Shown here one piece after another: positions 11,379-20,000 of a stretch of DNA of 20,000 nt. This stretch comes from Catajapyx aquilonaris. Lineage: Eukaryota. The notes under the pieces are model-generated. The model did not search any database and was not told the origin of the DNA. It saw nothing but the letters and a program-made list of their open reading frames with translations. A program made the translations under genes and the position numbers. Positions within the stretch are counted from its first letter, which is position 1. Every line of letters begins with the position of its first letter. The DNA lies in NCBI GenBank assembly GCA_000934665.2, contig KZ538073.1:113980-133979 (forward strand). Direction: 5' to 3'.

Positions 11379-12795
11379 TATATGTCCGTGCCCCTGGGTC
11401 ACAGGGATTTAACTCCTGAAGAATTAACAGCTGACACGGCATCTCAAAATGTTCTTTTTGCACGCCAACTCCACTCCTTTTTTTTTAACTAGACGATTTT
11501 TCCCACCCTTTTGCAAAATGCGTGCTTGGAGAGACTAAATTATGTTGTTTTGTCACTTGAAACTGCTCAGACGGATTATGCATTTGCTCGCTAAAATTTG
11601 ATAATCCTATTATCCGTCGGGTATGTATTTTAAAACGAATGGATCGTGGCCCCCAGATAATTATGTGCAACGTCGCTGTTTTAGATTATGGAAACATACA
11701 CACGAGCATAAGTGGTTCGTGATTTAATTATGCTCAGATTACTGTAAGCTAGACGGTTGCTGTTAGTTGCATTTTACGGCCATAATTAATTTTCTAATGT
11801 GGGAATAGTGCCAGGCAATAAAAATTCAAGAAATGAGGCATCGCCGGTAGCCGTGTGAAAAATGAGGCACCCCGTTATGTGAATTAATACTGAACGTCCA
11901 TAAAAATAATAATAAACATCACTTATTGCAAATTTACGATTCAACTTATAACCTAACTGTTACATGTAATCATGGCAACCTGTAAACTATCCCGCGACCT
12001 TTCAGACCTGTGTCCATAAAAGGTTAACTGACAGCCCATTGGAGATATAACCATTTTCCTTTATCTTCATGTAAATATTTGATTCAACTAATTCAGGAGC
12101 AAATATTCCTTCCCAAAAAATTGGATCCAAACTTTCACATCCAAATGGTACATTTCCTCTTCCAGGCAAAGCACACACTGAGGAATTGGGTAGTCAACTT
12201 CCAACTTTTCTCACAAAAAAGTAGAACCTGTGCAATTAAAATAAGTCGAGCGTGAATCTGGGGGGATCCTACTTAATGTTTGCTTTAATTAGCCAGCTTC
12301 CTCCCATCACCTCGATTCTTTCATTCCAACAGAACATGCCTATTCCATAGTCATGAAATGCTTATTTCTTTTTTTACCCCCTCCTTCCTCTTTTTCTCCT
12401 TTTACACCTCCCCTGGTCTCCACGTGTATTGATTCCCTGACTCACCAAGAGAAGAGCATTGGAAATACTTTTTCTCCCTCCATCTTTTTCACCAGCCATC
12501 CTCAACAGCTGGGGGAAATGTGATACCAGGAAAATATAAGGACCTTTTGGCAATTGGGTAGTGATGTTAAATGGGCGTGAGGTGTATGGGTTGTAATAGA
12601 CGAAGAGGGAACAATCGTCGTCCCCCAGACGCCCCAATCATTGGCTTGATGGCCTTGTTGGAAGGCGAGACGTTATTTCCGAGCCAATTTTCGCTCAAAA
12701 CTAGGCTCAGGTTGCATAAATCACGTGGGATTTTCAGAGAGGGGGGGGGGGAATCTGAATTCAGATGGGATGAAACACAGCCTCCTGGTACTGAT

Positions 12796-12952
12796 TGTAA
12801 AGTCAAGATGCGACTACATCTCACAATGGCAGATGAAGCTGAACTCAGAATATCTAGTAATACATACTGGTGAAAATATGTGCACGGATTACAAAAGTTG
12901 CTGCACAAACTTCTTGTGGTAGTGCAAAATTATTAAAAATGCACAGTATGAC
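12796..12952 (+). pseudogene. Decayed C2H2 zinc-finger coding fragment (about 2 fingers)
   Basis: The frame of ORF 12725-12922 reads ..RCDYISQWQMKLNSEYLVIHTGENMCTDYKSCCTNFLW*CKIIKNAQYD. It has C-D-Y, Leu at C+10, the HTGE linker (12863-12874), then C-x5-C-x3-F. The expected His codons of finger 2 are single-base variants (AAT, GAC). The first Cys (TGT 12796) is one frameshift away, and there is an in-frame TAG at 12920. Confidence 0.4.
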
Positions 12953-15900
12953 AGTGTCGTTTGAATAAAAAATGAAGTCCTTCAACGTACTTCAGAAAAA
13001 ATCCTTTACCAAATCCGTGTCAGTGCATTCAATGAGTCGCAGACGTCATAAAAATGGCACAATTGCCATTAAAAGGAGTCGTAAAACTGCAATTATTCCG
13101 TAGCCTGAACACTTTCGCCATAAAACTCGCTGACTTATGAATACCGAATTCCAAGGATATTTTCAAGATTTGTGCGCCGCTGACCCTTCTTCTTGAGATG
13201 ACACGAGCATGACGAATTTTGTAATACAGTTGTTAAAATTCCTGCTGATTTTTATCTAATTCGGAAGTTGAAAATATTATTCTCTTCATAAAGATTCAAA
13301 CAAATTCTTGAGACACTATACATCATCACCAACCGCGCAAAATTTATTTCCCTATATAACCACATGGGTTGAGACACATATACGATTGTTCCGTTATCAT
13401 AAAATGCAGAGTTCCTATTGCTCGCAGGAGTTTCCCTTCCTGCATAACATTGTGACTTATCCATACGTGGAAGTCAAATAATTACCCATTGTATGCATAT
13501 CGAACGTGCAGATAGCATTATAAGTGACTGGAGCGGTGCAGAGGCTGCCTTTGTCAAAGTCAAGCCCGTGTATTCATGTCAGAAAGAATCATGATTTTAC
13601 TGCTGCTTCCTGTTCGCGGCAATCCGATGGGCAACATCACCCGATTGGGAATAACAGTCAAGAATAAAGAGATGGAAAAAAAATTGCAGCAATTTCACTC
13701 TTGAAGAGACTTCAACAAGAGAAAAACTCGATTTTTTTTTTCATCTTCCGAATATGAAAAGCTGGACGATTTCCATGGTCATACCTGTGTGTTCAGTATG
13801 TGTACACTTCACTGACTTCGATAAAGGCTGGAATAATCGTGTCCGTTTCCCAACAATACGAAAAAAAACGCATAATTTCTCTCTTCCTTTTTGCACAAAT
13901 AATAAACACCCGTCTACGCTCACCAGAGAAATCTCGCTTTTACCTACACATATTTTAATAATCATAGGAGTCGTCCATTGTATGTCACACTGTTCGGCCG
14001 AACGTGACGTCACGCTAAAAAGGTGCCCAAAAAATCGGCGAAACTTTGTTTTGCAGGTGAAAAAAGGAAACTACGTGGTATTGAGATGCAACCGGGACGA
14101 AAATGTCATAAATCTACCTCAAGCTTCTTATAATCACTAAGCTCTTTATGAGCACGCTATAGACCTATCACATAAGCTGGACTGAATTTGTCAACTATTG
14201 TAAGACGCCGGAAGATACCGTGCCGTTCGACGAGATTATTCTAATCCATAATGAGCTCCCTTATATTTTTATTGCTTGTTTTTATTCCATCCCTGACAAA
14301 AAAAAAAAAACATGAAAGGAAAAGTTCAGAGCAAAAATGTGCGTGATTCTTCATCATGCTCGACAAGAAAATACCGTCAAAAGAACCTGGGTGAGTCACG
14401 ACATATCTATACACTTGTCTCCGTTAGCCCTACAGGAAAAGTGTCGGAAAAATACTTGACATAATGAGCAATTGATCCAATTAAATTTACGCAAGAGCGG
14501 ATCCTCTTCTTTATTGCAATTCCTGTTAATTTGGGTTTTGCAAAAACAGATGTTATCGCCGATTCCTGTTTAATTTCCTTCAGCGATACATGTCCTCAGC
14601 TTGGGATACACCCTGTATCATGTCTAGCGTGACAATTTCTTATCCTGCAAGACATTACTTAACCAGATCAATTTATTCCATTATTTTGTCCTGACAGCCG
14701 AAACACAGTTGTTCATCACACATGATTTACGAGTATACCCCCCCCCCCCCATTTCCCGTATACAAACGTCGATAAAACGTCCATTCATCTTTCATGTCCA
14801 AAAATGTAGCTCACACTCCAAGGGGGGTGTCCTTTCGCTTTCTCAAAAAATAATATCTCGAATAAATTTTTTGGGAAGGTAGGAATAGGGGGTATCACCC
14901 TCTCGTTTTCTTACGGAAGGTGAGTCCCGTTACTGAAGGTCAGCTAAAGACCCGTTAAAAAAAAGGAGAATCGAGGGAGTAACTTGCACTCCTTCACTCT
15001 CTCTCTCTCTTCTACCCCCCCTATCCACCCTCTCAACTTCTTATGTTCCGCTCGGCACAGATTCCAAACCACTTTCACACTCGCCTGCACATTCCGGAAG
15101 TATTCCTATCACATCGTTACAGACGGACCGCTGGTCACCGACACACGAACCTGCCGCTGACACTGCCACATTTCTATATTTTCCGCTTCACGTACCACAG
15201 TCGTCTACAAAAATGCTGTTGTATAATTCTGTGATTTCATATACGACATTGCATTTTTTTTGTTTATGCATAAATATCAGAAAATTCTGTTTGTACAGAC
15301 TGTTATTGCAGCTTCCTCTTCCTCACCCTTCTTCCGCCTTCCTTGTCCTGACCCTATCGTACCATCCGTCATGGCAACAGTCCCCCCTCCTTCTCTTGTC
15401 GGACCTTCTCAGGATGGTCCGGATCGATGGAGCCAGCATGACATGCATGAGACAACCCAAGTCCAGCAGCTGCAAGGCTCTCCTAACAGCACCTAACAGG
15501 AAATTGACGCCGTAACACATTTCCTCCCTAGGTCCTGCTCTTACCAATTTCCCAAAATCCTCCTTCCTTTGGAACCGCTTCCAAGCATTGCTTCCCAGCC
15601 AATAAAACCGGGTCCAAATCTCTCCTCTGAAACTTTTATAAAAAGGTTCAGGAAACGACAGACCGTGCTCATCCACTCAAATGGGATAATACTGCTCAAA
15701 AGAGGATTCAGACCCGCAAATCACGACATCTCCACAACCCTATACGAGGTGGTGATGACATTACTCTTTAGTCGTACACCACACCTAAACCTAACCTAAC
15801 GGATATGTTGAGGAACTTGTCGCAGGTAGTCGAAATTATTTTCTGTGATTTAAAATTCGCACATTTTTTTGTCGTCCGTGATAAATGTATAAGTTTTTTT

Positions 15901-16363
15901 TTTCTTGAAAAAGTCGACCTTGTAAGAGGATGACGGCCCTTGAGATTATGCCACATAATTACATCTGGCTGGGGGTTAGACCGAAGCTGTTCTTCCACTT
16001 TCCTTCCCATTTGGAAGTGCGGTACTTCCCTTTTTTGAGAGAGAGAGAGGTCGGCATGCTCAGGTAATAGGCCCTCGATGATGTGAATGCCGCCCTTGCC
16101 AAGTTTTGTTTATCTTCCTTCAAAACTGTTAAAGAAAAGAGTACCGGTGCTCATATCCATGATTGGCTTTTCCGGCCCGGCGATCAACCTCAGCATCCAA
16201 CAAAAAAAATGAAGAATTCAGCGCCCCCCACGCCTTCTCGTCGATTGCTTTTGCATGGAGTTTTTTTTGTGTGTGGCCATTGCATAACCAAGGGACCACC
16301 ACTGCACTCTATAAAGGGCGGTGAACTGCAAGGAATAAAATAGGAAAACGTACAGATTGTTCA

Positions 16364-16394
16364 CCCCCCCCCCCCCCAAAAAAAAAAAAAAAAA
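16364..16394. repeat. C14-A17 compound homopolymer
   Basis: 14 C (16364-16377) directly followed by 17 A (16378-16394). AATAAA lies upstream at 16334-16339. Confidence 0.85.
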
Positions 16395-18704
16395 CCTGGA
16401 AGGAACAAACTATAACTTATTCCTGCAGAACTGGAGCAATGGACCACCCTGCACAAAATCTACTTTACTTCGAGGCCAACGAACAGTTCCGTTAGTTAAA
16501 CTATTCCTTTTGAGCACCCGAGTTGCTTTGTGAACACAAAAGAAAAAGGTCCACTGTTTTCTATCCGATTCCGAGCTGACAAAGCATCACTAGACTTCCA
16601 TTCTTTTTATACTCCCAAGTGCATAAAGGTTCTTTGAAAATTTCCACAATAATTCACTTATTCGTAGTCCAAACTACCTTACCTGAATATTTTACATCGG
16701 TTGGTGCAACGGCCCAAATTGTTGATACCAGCAAGTGTGCCAAAAGGAAATGGCCACTTCCGTCATTGACATGTCATTCTCTTTATCCTGTTGCTGTACA
16801 ATACTCCTATAAATACTGACACCTCTAGTGTTATCGCCCACTCATGTGTCCCATGTACTGCGTATCCGGGAGCATCCGTAACCCGTTGCCAGATATCACA
16901 ATCGTGCCAGAACATTGCACCTCTCATCAGATATCAGTACGGTACATCCCACACATGTACCCCGATCATACCATGTGGGTGTCAAAACCCATTTAAATTC
17001 TAACAAAACTATAGTTGAAAAGAAGCCACTTTTGCTCCTACGGTGTGACTGGAACTATCCAACTCCGATCTAGCAATCCCTGCGTGAAAATGGAAGCTTC
17101 CGTGTAATTACTCACAACAATTAGCGTTACTATCAGTCCTTTGATGTAGCACATAGGTGGTGTGGGGGCCAACCTAAGTGAGCAGAAAATTAGCCTGGTA
17201 GAAAGATCTCTGCACGCATAAAGTCGGTTGCATTGTCGACCATTATTGCAAGTTCCGGTTTGTCCTCCCCCGCTGACATAATCCACTGTACGGCAAGACA
17301 AGATACAAACTGCGACGATAAAAAAAGAGGGCCGTTAGTGGCTTTATGCTGTAATAAATCTTATGCTTTTTTTTTCCTCTCTCTGTATCTTTTCCTATAG
17401 TGAAGCCAAGAGGCGACGCCCCAACCGAGTCACAGATGGGCGAGGGGGATTGTTGCAAGGAAACTGGCAAAACCATTATCACGACTGCTCTTGGCCATGC
17501 TTATCTCCAAGTTAGATGATGACTTCCTGACCATTTGGCTGGTCCTTCCAGTGCAATGTAGTAGTGTACTAGGCGAAAACTGGCCTTTGCTACATGGCCA
17601 TACAACATGGGGGCTGTCCTGAGCTGTGCGTTTAAATATTACTGTTTGATTTACAATTGTGAGAGGCAAAGGCCATGATGGGGGGTGGGGTGCAGTAAAT
17701 ATGTGCGATAAGAGGGTGCCCGGACACACAATAACTAATAAATTTCGGGAGTGGTGTAAAGCAAATATTCGAGGGTGTCGCGGAAAATGAAATCGCGGCG
17801 ATCGGACACACGGTGATTATTAAAATGGCGACTTTATCGACGAGGTTATGAAGTGGTAAATAGGGGACTCACTGGGAATTCAAATTACACCTCCATATAC
17901 AAAAATGGATGCCCCATGAACATTCTTCGCGGTATATAAATTCCTACAAGGTGACCCTTTTATAAATCCTGCTCATGTGAACATAATCTACGTTGTCTGC
18001 CACAAATAATGGGCTGGATGCAACACGTACTGATGCTTTAATTAAGGCCTACTTGTGAACTTTCATCCCAGTGCCTTATAAAGTTGCTGACCATCATTTT
18101 CATGCCCACGTTCAATTGTGTCTCCCACGCTGGCTTGTACACCGCATCAATTTTTCAAAGTAATGTGTAATATCAGCACCATTCCGCCACACGCACGCTA
18201 TATAAAAATCACACGACACGCTCTTACGCACAACACTATTGTTCTCATCGCACTCGCACCACATTTCACAATACAACGCATCAATGGCTGGCCCCCACAT
18301 ATGTACTAAGAGATTTCACATCCTGTCCACACATGCCGGATTCTAGTTCCGGGATAATCCTTCCCGAAACCAGTCCAATATTCCTGGAAGCATTCCTGCA
18401 TTCCTGGATCTAAGCAGAGTCCCTAGAGCAGGAAGGGTAACAAGTGTACCGAAGCCGGTCAAATTGGCTGGAGTAATAATAATGAAGGTAAGACAACAAC
18501 AACAAAAACTCGCGGGGGGTGGGGGGGGGGGGGTGTAAGAAAGAGAAAAGTGGTGTTGCCGGATTCAAGTCCGGCTTCGAGATTTTTTCACGACAGCAAT
18601 ACATACGGTCTGTCCTGACTCGAGAAGACAGCGTAATCCCATACGACCCCGACCCACGGCAACCAGAGTCGAGGAATCGGCTAAGTGCAACACCGAGACA
18701 TTTC

Positions 18705-18734
18705 NNNNNNNNNNNNNNNNNNNNNNNNNNNNNN
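18705..18734. other. Assembly gap / masked bases (30 N)
   Basis: Run of 30 N immediately followed by G7; the true length is unknown. Confidence 0.98.
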
Positions 18735-18945
18735 GGGGGGGCTGCTCTCCTGTTTATGTCGGCGTGGACAGGCCGGAAAGATTTTTGCTATCATGTCAAC
18801 GACAGGTTGTGGTCACACGACTGCCGCTCCTGATATGTGGGCAGTTTATAAAGTCTGGTTTGGCTGCACCGGGTTGCACGTTCCAGGAGTCGCTTTATGT
18901 GGAAATCTTGCTGAGTTTCTGGTACACCTTGTACCTGCTCACTCC

Positions 18946-19203
18946 GAGCCAATCCGCACCGATTTTACGTTCTCAGCCAATCAGGTTCGATCTACAAACA
19001 TGCCAATCAGCACCTAGTTTATCCATTCAGCCACTCAGCGTCCACTGTATCCTCTCAGCCAATCAGAGACCACTTTATCCTCTCAGCCAATCAGGATCCC
19101 TCTACCAGCGTGCCAATCAGCGCCAAATTTATCATCTCGGCCAATCAGCACCGATTTTATTTTCTCAGCCATTCAGAACTGCTCTAACATCCATCCAATC
19201 AGC
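18946..19203 (+). repeat. CCAAT-box minisatellite, 10 cores at 26/28-bp spacing
   Basis: CCAATC cores at 18949, 18977, 19003, 19031 (CCACTC), 19059, 19087, 19113, 19141, 19169 (CCATTC) and 19195. Spacings are 28,26,28,28,28,26,28,28,26. Consensus context is (A)GCCAATCAG. Confidence 0.92.
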
Positions 19204-19675
19204 TCCATCTTTCACTTACAGGGATGCCAGATGCTCCTGATGGCAACACCGTGTACTCTTTCACTTGGAGTGTACCATATTCGCTTGAGGCAATGTCCCG
19301 TTATGGCGATGCCTGCCAAATGACAAAGGACACTTTACTAGTGTGACACTTTTTGCACAAGGGCGGCAGCATTGAGTCACCTGAAGCTCCAAACTGATGA
19401 GCGTCCAGTGTGTGCCAAAAGAGGCCTCGACATCGCAGCTTTTTTAAAAAAAAACTTTCGAACCCTGATGGAAAGTCATGTTTTTTTCCGGTCTTTCAAA
19501 ACAACAAGGTGTGCGAACGATAGCATCTGCAAAATTGTAGTCGCCGGTGGGCAAGGTCATGACCATACTCTAAATAATGGGCAAGTGAAAGTACGAACCC
19601 TTTGTGCCCTCACTGTCGGAGCAGGCTTGCGAACATATCGGATGTGTAACACCTTCCGACAAGTTTCGCAATGTT

Positions 19676-20000
19676 GGTAGACAAAAGGTGATTTTCGACC
19701 CACAGCAATCATTGCTATTGCTTTTAAAAATAACTGCGATTGGTATGAAAAAGTAGCGGTTAAAGTGGACAAAAAGTTATTTTCGACCCACAGCTAACAT
19801 TGCTACTGCTTTTTAAAATAACTTCATTTGTATACAAAAGTAGCGGTTAAGGGTGGACAAAAAGTGACTTTGCTATCCACCCACAGCTATCATTGCTACT
19901 GCTTTTTTTAAATAATTGCGATTGGTATGAAAAAGTAGCCGTTAAAGGTGGACAAAAAGTGATATTCGACCCACAGCTATCATTGCTACTGCTTTTTAAA
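19676..20000. repeat. ~88-bp tandem repeat (satellite/minisatellite), about 3.6 copies, truncated by the window end
   Basis: GACAAAA anchors at 19680, 19768, 19856 and 19951 (periods 88, 88, 95). Approximate consensus GTGGACAAAAAGTGATTTTCGACCCACAGCTATCATTGCTACTGCTTTTTAAAATAACTGCGATTGGTATGAAAAAGTAGCGGTTAAAG. Copies differ by scattered substitutions and indels along the whole unit. Confidence 0.95.

Noticed and set aside
15784..15800. Telomeric (CCTAA)n array
   Set aside because: Only about 3 imperfect units; too short to call a telomere or an interstitial telomeric site.
18764..19240. 158-aa ORF with SQS/ANQ/QPI repeats; also considered as a CRISPR-like array
   Set aside because: The ORF is a by-product of the CCAAT minisatellite: 26/28-bp units are not multiples of 3, so the peptide motif cycles through frames. 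The linkers are related to each other and too short to be spacers.
19394..19430. CTGATGAG hammerhead-ribozyme core (also minus strand near 16925 and 14595)
   Set aside because: No correctly placed GAAA with closing stems II and III.
19676..20000. Possible CRISPR array
   Set aside because: The whole 88-bp unit repeats with no unique spacers, there are no cas genes, and the context is eukaryote-like.
1..20000. Prokaryotic/phage genes or a novel multi-gene system among the listed ORFs
   Set aside because: All ORFs are at most 167 aa, overlap at random on both strands, often start at TTG/GTG, run through homopolymers, and show no RBS/operon layout or recognisable intact domains.

Overview
This window looks like eukaryotic, probably invertebrate/animal, non-genic or intronic DNA, not a prokaryotic locus. 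GC is moderate, CpG is not obviously depleted, poly-A/T and poly-G/C runs are frequent, and there is one 30-N gap (18705-18734). There is no long ORF (longest 167 aa), no operon, no rRNA/tRNA and no CRISPR array; most listed ORFs look like chance frames. The supportable content is repeat- and transposon-derived: (i) a degenerate ~540-bp TIR element rich in GAGTGAA/TTCACTC motifs (1175-1714); (ii) a perfect 33-bp-arm palindrome (5484-5554); (iii) an exact 66-bp tandem duplication built on an older 54-bp unit (9558-9732); (iv) a 156-bp TA-flanked Tc1/mariner-type MITE (11223-11378); (v) a probable decayed C2H2 zinc-finger fragment with an HTGE linker (~12796-12952); (vi) a 10-unit CCAAT-box minisatellite with a 28/26-bp higher-order pattern (18946-19203); (vii) an ~88-bp satellite running off the window end (19676-20000). 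I found no convincing novel multi-gene system. The best leads are the CCAAT array, the nested duplication, the zinc-finger relic and the palindrome.
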